In this document: one piece after another, positions 37,237 through 46,595 of the stretch
Layout of the letters: each line of letters opens with the position of its first letter
Position numbering within the stretch: the stretch's first letter is position 1
Origin: Candidatus Undinarchaeales archaeon
GTDB lineage: Archaea > SpSt-1190 > JASMDC01
DNA length: 64,000 nucleotides
Direction: 5' to 3'
Assembly: GCA_030753015.1 (NCBI GenBank)
Contig: JASMDC010000014.1
Span: 1-64,000, forward strand
The notes under the pieces: generated by a model
The model's database searches: none
Seen by the model: the letters and a program-made list of their open reading frames with translations, nothing else
What the model was told of the DNA's origin: nothing
Made by a program: the position numbers and the translations under genes

Positions 37237-38961
37237 ATGTCGCAGGCAGGGTATCGTTTCGTTGAGATAGATCCCGAGAAGCTCGACTTCTGGGAGGAGC
37301 GTCTTGACCTAGATCCTGCTTTCACAGAGATGCTATCCCACTACACTGCAGGAAAGGAGAGCTCTGCGCGCTTCACGGTCGCCTACGATACCGCGACCCT
37401 GGATGTCCAGGGTTACGGCCTCTCACTAGAGACCGAAGACAGCTCGGTGAACCTATTCAAGCCCGTGAGCGCGGCCACTTCTGAAGGGACCGTCATCGAA
37501 GAGGACGGAGACCGGCTCGTCGCTTCTCACGAGGAGCGGACCGTCACACCGCTCGCAGCGGTCGACATGGACGGACGCAGTCTGCTCATCTACTCTGACA
37601 TCGATCTCGAGAAGGAACTCGGTGCGTTCCAGTACGAGCGGAAGGAGGCTCACCGTCTCGGGGATATGCTCGTCGGCGAGGACTCGGGATTCCTTACGGA
37701 CATGTACGACTTCTTCGGTGTTTCTGCCGATGCCGAGGCGTTCGGTTTTGAGCCTGCAGAGACGAGCAAGCTATCACAGCTCAAGGAGTACATGGATGTA
37801 ATCGGTGAGGAGCCGGAGTATGCCGCGCTCCAAGTTGGTAAGATCATGCGTCGCATGGGTCAAGGGCTCGTTCAAGGTTCGCTCGTCGGTGTCGCCATGA
37901 GCATGGGTGCCGTATACGGTGTCGTAGGCTTCTTGGCAGCGACCCAACAGCTCGGACGGGACCAGATGGAGGCCGTCGCCGATGGCCTGGTCGGTAAATA
38001 CGTCGATGATGCGGTCAATTCTGAGAACCCTCGTGAATCGCTCAAGTCGCCCTATCTTGTCAAGAGCCTCTTCTGCGCTGCCAGCGGGGCCGCCACCTAT
38101 CTCATGCAACCTCAGTTCCTTGCCGGAATGGCCAATCCCGCTATCCCGCTCGCAGGACTATTCCTCGCCCAGCAGGCGACCGATGCGCTCGAGGACTCGC
38201 TCAACGATAAGATTGGTTTCGCCGTACGTGAGGAGCTGATCAAGAACTCCGAGAAGATGAAGGCCAAGGGCCATGACAAGCACTTCTATCAGCTCAAAGG
38301 GACCGAGGACATGGTCACCAAGTATGCTCGCATCGTCCCCTTCCTCGGTTCTGCTATCGCCACAGGTGCTCTCTTCGCGGCTGGTGGTGCGGTCTCCCCC
38401 CTCGCCTTCACGCTGGCGTCGATAGGCATCCCGATGTGGGCCGGAGGCAACATGGTCTGGTACGCTTACCGTTCCAAACCCGATGTGATGATGGAAGTGG
38501 ACGCCGACGAGTACCTCGTCCTCCAGGACGGATATGCTCTCGACTCGGGCTGGGAAATGAGGTTCGAGCGTCTCGAGGGCGATGAGGCCGTATCCTACAA
38601 TCTTGAGAGCCCAAAGGTCTACCACGGGAAGGACGGGAAGCTCAACATCCCGGTCGACCTGGGTGACGAGGAATGGGGCGTTCAGCTCAAATACGGCGGC
38701 GATGGGACGATGCCCGAGTACACGGAGGAGCGATCATTCATCAACAAGATGCCCGGATTCGTGCAGAAGATGGCGTTCTTCAAGGAGAAGGAGAGCTGGG
38801 ACATAGGGGAGGGCGACCTCCGCATAGGTCGCTACAGCACCGATGCCTACGACATGGTCAAGGTCGATGATCACACCTATGCTTTCGGTACGAAAGCGTA
38901 CATCGACCACCTGGAAGGTTCGCTCGTGAAAGAAGGTCCTGAGGACGCGTACGACATCTAG
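37237..38961 (+). CDS. Acidic hypothetical membrane protein
   Basis: 574-aa ORF, strong coding bias, several Gly/Ala-rich hydrophobic segments; TTTATAAA at ~37205. Confidence 0.7.
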   Translation: MSQAGYRFVEIDPEKLDFWEERLDLDPAFTEMLSHYTAGKESSARFTVAYDTATLDVQGYGLSLETEDSSVNLFKPVSAATSEGTVIEEDGDRLVASHEERTVTPLAAVDMDGRSLLIYSDIDLEKELGAFQYERKEAHRLGDMLVGEDSGFLTDMYDFFGVSADAEAFGFEPAETSKLSQLKEYMDVIGEEPEYAALQVGKIMRRMGQGLVQGSLVGVAMSMGAVYGVVGFLAATQQLGRDQMEAVADGLVGKYVDDAVNSENPRESLKSPYLVKSLFCAASGAATYLMQPQFLAGMANPAIPLAGLFLAQQATDALEDSLNDKIGFAVREELIKNSEKMKAKGHDKHFYQLKGTEDMVTKYARIVPFLGSAIATGALFAAGGAVSPLAFTLASIGIPMWAGGNMVWYAYRSKPDVMMEVDADEYLVLQDGYALDSGWEMRFERLEGDEAVSYNLESPKVYHGKDGKLNIPVDLGDEEWGVQLKYGGDGTMPEYTEERSFINKMPGFVQKMAFFKEKESWDIGEGDLRIGRYSTDAYDMVKVDDHTYAFGTKAYIDHLEGSLVKEGPEDAYDI

Positions 38962-38995
38962 GTGATCATTCCTCTACCTGATCAAGTAGGTTAGG

Positions 38996-39070
38996 TAGCG
39001 GGGGATGGATTTGAACCATCGATCTTCGGGTTATGAGCCCGACGGGCACTCCAGGCTACCCTACCCCGCT
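38996..39070 (-). tRNA. tRNA-Met(CAT), initiator type
   Basis: AGCGGGGTAGGGTAGCCTGG...TCGGGCTCATAACCCGA...GGTTCAAATCC...CCCCGCTA. A1-U72 pair, GGG/CCC anticodon stem, no intron, TATTTAAA upstream. Confidence 0.97.
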
Positions 39071-39130
39071 ATGGGATGAGCAAAAGAGGGCCGATAGTGT
39101 TTAAATAGGTATCGTTGGCGGCGTCCTTGA

Positions 39131-40780
39131 CTAAACGACAAGGGCGTTCTTGGTGATGTCCTCGAACTTGGCCTGCCACGCGGACACCTTCTCGGCGTCA
39201 GTGATCGTGCCCTCCTCCTTGAGCATGGAGGTGAGGTACACGAACTCCAGGGTGTCGCGCAGTAGCTGCTCGGCCTTGCGACCACGCTCGATCGTATTGG
39301 AGTCGCTCTGGTCCGCGAGCGCAGCGATGGCATATCCCGCGATATCGGAGGTCAACTTGTGGTAGTCCGCATCCGTTCCCTTCTCGGGTGCGAGACAGAA
39401 GTCGAACTTGGCCCAGTCCCCTTCCTCGATCGTACCGTCAGCGGTTATCTCCTCGACCACCTTGCCGTAGTCCGCCAGGGCGTTATTGATCCTGCGTGAG
39501 AGATCGTACTGACCGGACGTACCGAGCTTCATCTCCAAGAGGGTGCTGTATTTGTTGGCAGCCTTCTCGTTGATGCTCTGGTACTCGTTCCTGATGATGG
39601 TGTCTGCGAACCCGTCCGCTGCGACAACAAGGTCCTCACAATGCTCACGTTCCGATGTATGGATGTACTCCTTGAGCCGTTCCCGGTCGTCACCTTTTGC
39701 GGGATTGGCCCTGAGCACGCTGATGAGGAGAGAATACTCGTCGAGAGTGGAAGAGATGGTCGAGTGCATGTCACCGCGGAACTCCGGATCGTTCAGCAGG
39801 CCGTGGACCAATCCGTTCATGGCCTCGGACCCGAGGATATCATTGGCGAGGTTCCTTCCAGCCTTCGCGGCGACGTACTTGATCCGTGAGCTGCCGAGGA
39901 TGTCCTTTCCACGTTCGGTCTCAACACCCTTAGCATGCACGAATACCTCCTTGTCAACGATGTTGTCGGAGTCTACCGCGGCATAATTGAGCGCCTTATC
40001 TGCGATCTCCTTGTACGGGACTGCGGTCTCGAGGAGGTTGGAATCGAAAATCTCGTGATTGCCCGCCCAGGCCTTTGCAATGAACTGTGACGTCTCCTGA
40101 CCGATGAACCTTGACGTCGCACCTGACACCTGGTCACTAACGGTCTGCACCGTGGTGTCGATGACGTATTCGGCCATGTCGTTCGCGTAGCTGTCCAACT
40201 GCTCCTCGGGGACCTCTTTGGCCCGGCGGAGCTCGTGTCGGAACTGGTCGACGAGCTCTTGGCGATGGGTCTCGGCCTCGGTGCGCGCGGTGTTCGTTGC
40301 GTCCTTGACATAGTCCACCTGGTACTTGGCATCGAACTCCTTGACCACTTGCTTTGCTATGAGAGCATGTACGTCCCGATACTCACCATAATGGATATTG
40401 AACAGGCGTTGGATGCTCCCCATGACGAAGGGGTACGAGAGCCCAGCAGTGACGGTACATGTTGCCAACGCCCATGGCGCCGGTGATAGTGGACCGCCAC
40501 CGAGCATGAACCACAGGGCTCCGTTCTTGAACGCTGACTCCACGTACTTGGCCGGCTCGGCCTTCACGCCGTAGAACTCCGATTTGAAAGCACTCTTCAG
40601 TTCATCCATGGTATTGCCGTTGGCGTTGGATGCATTAGTGAGGCCATCGGACACGTAATCGTGGCACTTGGAGAATCCGTCAAGGGTGCTGTCACCCATC
40701 TGCCATGCCTTTCGCTCAGCAAGGTCGTAGGCGTTCTGACCGGCTATAGCGATCCTGTCGATATACTCCCCAACAGTCAC
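39131..40780 (-). CDS. Acidic helical hypothetical protein with one hydrophobic hairpin
   Basis: About 549 aa. GTG 40780 fits the distance from the AAAAGTATATAA box (ORF track start 40801). Confidence 0.7.
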   Translation of the reverse strand: MTVGEYIDRIAIAGQNAYDLAERKAWQMGDSTLDGFSKCHDYVSDGLTNASNANGNTMDELKSAFKSEFYGVKAEPAKYVESAFKNGALWFMLGGGPLSPAPWALATCTVTAGLSYPFVMGSIQRLFNIHYGEYRDVHALIAKQVVKEFDAKYQVDYVKDATNTARTEAETHRQELVDQFRHELRRAKEVPEEQLDSYANDMAEYVIDTTVQTVSDQVSGATSRFIGQETSQFIAKAWAGNHEIFDSNLLETAVPYKEIADKALNYAAVDSDNIVDKEVFVHAKGVETERGKDILGSSRIKYVAAKAGRNLANDILGSEAMNGLVHGLLNDPEFRGDMHSTISSTLDEYSLLISVLRANPAKGDDRERLKEYIHTSEREHCEDLVVAADGFADTIIRNEYQSINEKAANKYSTLLEMKLGTSGQYDLSRRINNALADYGKVVEEITADGTIEEGDWAKFDFCLAPEKGTDADYHKLTSDIAGYAIAALADQSDSNTIERGRKAEQLLRDTLEFVYLTSMLKEEGTITDAEKVSAWQAKFEDITKNALVV

Positions 40781-40838
40781 TGTCAAGGGACGGCATGGCA
40801 AGCTCCTTATATACTTTTCTTAGGTTGGATGGGAGCAA

Positions 40839-41705
40839 ATGAACGTCCAGTGCCTGTGCCTCGGGTCCGCGAATATCGATATGGTGGCCTCTGTCACACG
40901 GAATCCGCGCACGGACGAGAAAGTGAAGATCCAGGACATCTCCCAGTACTATGGCGGGAGCGCTGCAAACACGGCCACGTGCCTGGCGCGCCTGGGTGTC
41001 CGTACTGCTATGGTGGCCCGAGTGGGGAAAGACCATAACGGTGACCTCATCATCACACGGCTCGAGCACGAGGGCGTGATAACTGACCATGTCATCCGTT
41101 CGAAAGGAAAGAGCGGGTACACGTTCATCGGTCTCGAGCCCGGAGGTATGCGCGTCATCTATGATTTCAAGGGTACGAACGCCCTCCTCGATCCCAGGGA
41201 CGTACCACCCATCGCGGCAGATGTCCCCGTGGTGTTCGTTGCCGGTATCGACGAGCGCGGCATCGCTTTTGCGAAGGACGCGTTCCAGCGTGCACGCTAT
41301 TCCATCTTCGCGCCATCAGGGTACATGATCAAAGAAGGTATCGAGCCGCTCCTCGAGATCTCCGACCTCCTTATACTGAACGAGTACGAATGGGAGCTGG
41401 TACAGAAGGTGTCCCCCGGGTTCACCGGCGATGTCGTCATCACCAAAGGAGCCGAAGGCGCCCTCGCCATCATCGATGGTGAGGAGGTGCAGGTCCCCGC
41501 GTTCAGTGTGGAACCTGTTGACACAACAGGAGCGGGCGACGCATTCTGTGGCGGATTCATCTACGGCTTTATACAGGACCTCTCTACTGCCGAGCGACTT
41601 CGCTTGGGGTGTGCGACCGCCGCGATGAACACACGTGGCTATGGAGCACGGGGCGGGATGCCTATCCTTGAGGACCTTGAGAAGTTCCTGGAGGAGAACC
41701 GTTGA
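40839..41705 (+). CDS. PfkB family carbohydrate/nucleoside kinase
   Basis: GGSAANTA..LARLG, LNEYE, ITKGAEG, VDTTGAGDAFCGG. Confidence 0.95.
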   Translation: MNVQCLCLGSANIDMVASVTRNPRTDEKVKIQDISQYYGGSAANTATCLARLGVRTAMVARVGKDHNGDLIITRLEHEGVITDHVIRSKGKSGYTFIGLEPGGMRVIYDFKGTNALLDPRDVPPIAADVPVVFVAGIDERGIAFAKDAFQRARYSIFAPSGYMIKEGIEPLLEISDLLILNEYEWELVQKVSPGFTGDVVITKGAEGALAIIDGEEVQVPAFSVEPVDTTGAGDAFCGGFIYGFIQDLSTAERLRLGCATAAMNTRGYGARGGMPILEDLEKFLEENR

Positions 41706-42346
41706 GCGCCCGCATCATGGGTATCGACGAGGCCGGGCGTGGACCCGTTATCGGTCCGCTCGTCATCTGTGGTTTTGTGTACGACGAGAGCGTCGACCTC
41801 CGAGCACTGGGCGCAAAGGACTCCAAACAACTATCACCCACACGACGTGAGAAGTTAGCAGTAGGCCTTTTGGAGGTCGCTACTGACCATCGTCTATCGG
41901 TCATCACTGCCATAGACATAGACCAGAGGGACTGTTCCCTCAACGACCTCGAGATCAACCATATGGCGCGACTCATTGATGAACTGGCTCCGGACACTGT
42001 GTACGTCGACGCTATCCAAAGCGACTGTGCCGCGTTCCGGGACAAGCTCATGTCCCGTCTCTCGCATAAGTGTACTATCATCGCAGAGAACAAGGCGGAC
42101 GTGAAGTTCCCGGTGGTATCGGCAGCTTCGATCCTCGCCAAGGTCGAGCGCGATGCTGCGGTCGGGCGTCTGCGTAAGGAATACGGTGACATCGGTTCAG
42201 GGTATCCGTCCGATCCGACGACAAGACAGTGGTTGCGGGATTGGTACAGCTCACACGGCAGTTTCCCTCCCGTCGTCAGGCACACGTGGGCGACTATCAA
42301 AGAACTTCTCTCCGCTCGCAACCAACGATCACTGGACGACTTCTGA
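41702..42346 (+). CDS. rnhB: Ribonuclease HII
   Basis: GIDEAGRGPVIGP, DSKQL, VSAASILAKV.RD, GSGYPSDP, C-terminal PIP box QRSLDDF. Confidence 0.98.
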   Translation: MSARIMGIDEAGRGPVIGPLVICGFVYDESVDLRALGAKDSKQLSPTRREKLAVGLLEVATDHRLSVITAIDIDQRDCSLNDLEINHMARLIDELAPDTVYVDAIQSDCAAFRDKLMSRLSHKCTIIAENKADVKFPVVSAASILAKVERDAAVGRLRKEYGDIGSGYPSDPTTRQWLRDWYSSHGSFPPVVRHTWATIKELLSARNQRSLDDF

Positions 42347-42437
42347 ACGGGGCAAAACGCTCGTTGGGCACCCTAGACGGGAACCCCGGGCACCGTCCCC
42401 ATGCTTTTATATGTCTTTGGGGAAAGGCCCTGATTAG

Positions 42438-42617
42438 ATGCCCACTAAGACGTGCACAACGTGTGGCAAATCCATCGACCTTTCGAAGAAGAAGGAGCAG
42501 CATGCTTCCGTTCGTCTGGAGTACTTCCATCCGAACGGAAAGGACTTCGAACTAAAACGCACGTACTTCTGCTCGCAGGAATGTTTTGCTAAGAAGGTCA
42601 AGGGGGCCAAGAAGTGA
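42438..42617 (+). CDS. Small Zn-finger protein (TRASH/YHS-like), 59 aa, absent from ORF track
   Basis: MPTKTCTTCGKSID...TYFCSQECFAKKVKGAKK; TTTTATAT box upstream; GTGA overlap with next gene. Confidence 0.75.
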   Translation: MPTKTCTTCGKSIDLSKKKEQHASVRLEYFHPNGKDFELKRTYFCSQECFAKKVKGAKK

Positions 42618-43879
42618 ATCCCAAGGAGAAAGAATCAGAGGAACACGAGCCCGAGGTGCACGCATACGATAACATCCGTCGTGTAGGTGGTGAACTTGAA
42701 TCGTTCATCGTCGAGAAACGCGACGGTGAGTACGTACCGGCCCCTATTACAGATAAGATCTTCACTGACGGTCCCTTGATCGATATCGAGAACGTGGGTA
42801 CACTCGCCCGCGAGTTCCACCGGGACATGATCGAGTTCAATCCGGATCCCTGCATCTCGCTCCACGAACACTACGCGCGCCTCAAGACCATGTTCTGGGA
42901 GGCCGAGCTCATGGTCAAGAAAGTGAGGCCGAACGCAGAACTTGTAGGTCTCGCCCTTAACCAGATCAAGCCAGATCCCGCCCTCGACACCACCATCGAT
43001 GACGGCGAATATTCGCGCAAGTATGTCTACCCTTCGTCCCGCTACTACTCGTTCATCGACTACTATAAACAACTGGGTGACAAGGCCGTCCGCGAGTTCC
43101 TCTCCATGGGACTTGTTGTGTCCTACCAAGCGGAGTTCTCCGTACTTAAAGAGGAGCTGGCTCATCTCTACCACTTGAGGCGGAATTTGGTCCCTCTCAT
43201 GGTCGCCATTTGTAGCAATTCACCGACCCTAAACTACCCCGATCTCGTGCTCGACGGCCGGATAACGCTCTATCGCCGTAACTTCTCCCACGGCCATCAG
43301 CACATCGGGATCCCGACCTACATCCCTGAGGACTTCGACGACTATCTCGGCACCCTGGAGGGTCAGCCGCTCATCTTCGACGCAAAGGACGCCCGGGCAA
43401 AGCTCTCAGTAGACTATCGATGGGTCCGACTCAACGTCCCCACATCGGTCATCGTCGAACCACGGGAGATCGACAGTCAACCTTCTATCCTTGAGGACAT
43501 GGCACCCCAGGCCGCCCAGTTCGGTCTCATCGAGGAGAATCGCGACAATCCGTTAATCGACAGTGTGATGAAGGCCACGCCCGAAATGCTTGAGAAGAGC
43601 CTGACCTCGGCCGCCAAGAGCGGACTTGAGGGCGAGTTCTTCACATCAACGGGAAGCCGACCCATGTACGATATATGGGCCGAGCTGCTCGAGATAGCCG
43701 CTGTGAACCTGGAGGAGCGCGGATTTGGTGAGCAGATGTTCCTCAAGCCCTTCGAGCGCCGTATCAAACAGGTGAAGACGCCCGCCCAGGTTTTCATTGA
43801 GATGACACAGAAACGGGGTCTTACGAAGGCCATCGACCGCTTCGTGGAGTGCATGAAGACGGATAAGCCCCTCATCTAA
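42614..43879 (+). CDS. Glutamate--cysteine ligase / carboxylate-amine ligase family protein (divergent)
   Basis: GGELE, IEFNPDP, CSNSP, RWVR, VEPREIDSQP, TPAQ match GCS2-type motifs. Confidence 0.7.
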   Translation: MNPKEKESEEHEPEVHAYDNIRRVGGELESFIVEKRDGEYVPAPITDKIFTDGPLIDIENVGTLAREFHRDMIEFNPDPCISLHEHYARLKTMFWEAELMVKKVRPNAELVGLALNQIKPDPALDTTIDDGEYSRKYVYPSSRYYSFIDYYKQLGDKAVREFLSMGLVVSYQAEFSVLKEELAHLYHLRRNLVPLMVAICSNSPTLNYPDLVLDGRITLYRRNFSHGHQHIGIPTYIPEDFDDYLGTLEGQPLIFDAKDARAKLSVDYRWVRLNVPTSVIVEPREIDSQPSILEDMAPQAAQFGLIEENRDNPLIDSVMKATPEMLEKSLTSAAKSGLEGEFFTSTGSRPMYDIWAELLEIAAVNLEERGFGEQMFLKPFERRIKQVKTPAQVFIEMTQKRGLTKAIDRFVECMKTDKPLI

Positions 43880-44062
43880 CTGTGGCTAATCCCCATGTAA
43901 GTAAATAGGGAAGGCCGCCCAGCAAAAGCCGACCTTCCCCCGGTGGCAGGTCACGGACCGAGATGGCCCGTTTTGGGTGGTCGAATAAATTACTTCCTCC
44001 CCCCCTAACCACACTATAAAATAGAATAGTACATTTGGCGTATAAATTGCTAACGCCTCACA

Positions 44063-44109
44063 AGTATCCCTTTTTCCAAATCAGTATCCCTAAGTCATTA
44101 ATAGGGATA
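44063..44109. promoter_or_regulatory. Direct and inverted repeat array (putative operator)
   Basis: AGTATCCCT at 44063 and 44083; TATCCCTA-N9-TAGGGATA at 44085-44109. Confidence 0.4.
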
Positions 44110-44227
44110 ATTCCGCTTCGAATATCGCAGCCACTTTCTCCGGGCATGGCCGTAGTCCCCTATAAACAGTGATAATGGATCGGTCTCCCCCATCTGCTTA
44201 TAAAAAGACGGTCAATAGTGCCCCATC

Positions 44228-45556
44228 ATGACGGATGATGGCATGTCGGTTAGGTTCCATGGCTCCGGTCTCGAGGTGGGTCGCAGCGCCATCAGCGTCA
44301 GTGTCCCCGGTACGCGTTTGCTCCTCGACTGTGGGCTCAAGCTCGTTCCAGAAGGTGAGGAGCATCCTCTTGCGCTCGATGAGCTCACGGGAGAGCTGGA
44401 CGCCGTGCTCGTCTCCCATGCCCACCTCGACCATGTCGGCTATCTATCTGACTTTGTTGCGGCAGGCTATCACAATCCCATCTACATGACCGAACAGACT
44501 GCGCGGCTGACCCGACTGTTGCTCGAGGACTCGGCCAAGGTCAGGGAGATCCTGGGACACCACTCTCCAGATCCGGGCCCTGCGCTCGACCTGATCCAGC
44601 ACGTACGGCTGGAGGAGGAGGTCCGACTTCCCGGAGGCACTACCTTCTCCGCTCATCAGGCCGGTCATATCCCTGGTGCGGCTGGCCTCCTTGTACGGGG
44701 CAGGGGCAGGTCCATCTTCTACACAGGTGACATTTGTACACGTAAGCTCCACACCATCCCACCAGCAGAGCTACCACAGGGGCCCGTGGATTGCCTCATT
44801 CTCGAGTCCACGTACGGTGGGCTCAGTGATGTCCTCCCGACGATCGAAACACGTGACAGGGCGTTCATGGAGATGATCGGGACGGCTCTCGAACGTCGTG
44901 GTACGGTCCTTGTACCGTCCTTCGCGGTGGGACGGTCACAGGAGGTCATGCTCACCCTCCATGAACACAAGAAAGAGCTTCTGCACCACGGCAATGTCAG
45001 GGTCGTACCGTGCGGCGGCATGCTCTTCGGAGCCACCAAGGTCTACGACAAGGAGGCGAAAAGGCCTATCGGACTAGACACTAAGAATGGCCCGCTGTCA
45101 CCCATCCATATCCCCAAGAACCGCCGGATCGAGAAGGTCGCATCCGGCGAGTTCCCGACGATAGTCATCGCTACTGCCGGCATGCTTACCGGCGGCAGCT
45201 CACCCCGATACCTGCGACATCTTGCCGGTGATAGCCGGAACCTCATCCTCATCGTAGGATATCAGGCGGAAGGGACTCCCGGCAGAGAGCTGTTGGATGG
45301 TTCACGTCGGATAATGATAGACGGACAGCAAGTGGACATCAAGGCCGAGGTCGGATTCGTGAGCTTCTCGTCCCACACCTACCACGAGCAGTCCCTATCC
45401 CTGGTTCAGGATCTCTCTCCCGGGACCGTGCTCTGTAATCATGGAGAGCCATTGAAATGCGCTGAACTCGCCAGCGCGGTGGAGGAGCGGCTCGGGATCA
45501 AGGCCTCGGCGCCACCGAACGGTACGATGATCAGGGTGGCTGCACGTCCGACATAA
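44228..45556 (+). CDS. MBL-fold beta-CASP ribonuclease
   Basis: EVGRS, LLDCG, SHAHLDHVG, AGHIPGA, YTGD, ESTYG, VGRSQE, GYQAEGTPG, FSSH, NHGE. Confidence 0.93.
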   Translation: MTDDGMSVRFHGSGLEVGRSAISVSVPGTRLLLDCGLKLVPEGEEHPLALDELTGELDAVLVSHAHLDHVGYLSDFVAAGYHNPIYMTEQTARLTRLLLEDSAKVREILGHHSPDPGPALDLIQHVRLEEEVRLPGGTTFSAHQAGHIPGAAGLLVRGRGRSIFYTGDICTRKLHTIPPAELPQGPVDCLILESTYGGLSDVLPTIETRDRAFMEMIGTALERRGTVLVPSFAVGRSQEVMLTLHEHKKELLHHGNVRVVPCGGMLFGATKVYDKEAKRPIGLDTKNGPLSPIHIPKNRRIEKVASGEFPTIVIATAGMLTGGSSPRYLRHLAGDSRNLILIVGYQAEGTPGRELLDGSRRIMIDGQQVDIKAEVGFVSFSSHTYHEQSLSLVQDLSPGTVLCNHGEPLKCAELASAVEERLGIKASAPPNGTMIRVAARPT

Positions 45557-45596
45557 GGCCTTCGAGAACATGCTCAGGATAGTAACTTGTCCCGAC

Positions 45597-46595
45597 CTAC
45601 AGCTCGGAGTACTCCTCTTGACGACGGCGGATGATGATGTAGCGCATATAGAGCAACACCACGACGCCCGTGATGAGGATTATCGAGATGAGCAGGACCT
45701 GGACGAGGTTCTCGAAGTCAAGCTTCGCGATGTTATACTCCACGTGAGCGTCCCAGTAGATGTATATCATCTCCTGGGCCGAGTCGTGCTGTCCGATGAC
45801 CGAATAGGAGCGACGCGCGCTCTCAAGGGCGCTCTTCCCCTGGGCGTAGCGGATCATCTTGAGATACGACACTGAACCCGCGTAGTCCTGGATAATCTGC
45901 TTCCCTTCAGCGCTCTTCTCCAGGGCATTGGTCGTATGGGCCGTACAATCCTCTACGGCCTCTTTGTGGCGGGTGGCATACTCCTCTGCTCTGGCCGATT
46001 TGCACGTGCGTGCCCATGAAGAGACCCGATCGAGCACTTCGGCCTGACGACACACGTTCGGCTCACCTTCCACGATGGCGTCGAACACGGAGAGCGCGAC
46101 GAAGCAGATGTCCTCGTAGGTATCGTCCACGTTCGTGAGGACCTCGGTGACCTCCTCATGCTCGAAAGAGGCCACGGTGAGGTTCTGCCGGTCCTCGGCG
46201 AGTGCCTCGATATTGTCGGTTATGGTACTGAAGCTCTCGATAGATTGGGCCTGCTCGTATGCCATGGATGATGCTGTGACCGCCCAGTACGTATCTCGTG
46301 TGTGATTGATGAAGTCATAGGTGGACGAGAGGAAGGTGGCCCCGAAGGTACCGTCCTTGCCGGAAGGGAGAGTCTGCGAATCGCAGAGGTAGGAGAGGTC
46401 CCGGGCGAAGTGGCACACCGATGAGGCCGTTGGGATGTCGGTTATGAACGTATCCCGGTGGCCACGCGAGATTATCTCCGAGTAGAGATCGATGAGCTGG
46501 CGACACGGTCGCGGCTCCGCCAATACCGGCATCAGCATAACGAGCAGTACTACTGTCGCAATGACCAGTAAGCGGGTCGTTCCATTCGACCTCAC
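45597..46595 (-). CDS. Secreted helical protein with C-terminal membrane anchor (tubulin operon gene 5)
   Basis: Signal peptide, Cys-containing helical region, TM plus YMRYIIIRRR; GTGA overlap with gene 4. Confidence 0.75.
   Translation of the reverse strand: MRSNGTTRLLVIATVVLLVMLMPVLAEPRPCRQLIDLYSEIISRGHRDTFITDIPTASSVCHFARDLSYLCDSQTLPSGKDGTFGATFLSSTYDFINHTRDTYWAVTASSMAYEQAQSIESFSTITDNIEALAEDRQNLTVASFEHEEVTEVLTNVDDTYEDICFVALSVFDAIVEGEPNVCRQAEVLDRVSSWARTCKSARAEEYATRHKEAVEDCTAHTTNALEKSAEGKQIIQDYAGSVSYLKMIRYAQGKSALESARRSYSVIGQHDSAQEMIYIYWDAHVEYNIAKLDFENLVQVLLISIILITGVVVLLYMRYIIIRRRQEEYSEL

Noticed and set aside
38961-39130. tRNA-Met as integration site of a mobile element
   Set aside because: No duplicated tRNA 3' end, integrase or compositional shift seen nearby.
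43880-44227. Replication origin call
   Set aside because: No ORB consensus and no adjacent cdc6/orc1 gene; kept only as an unexplained region.
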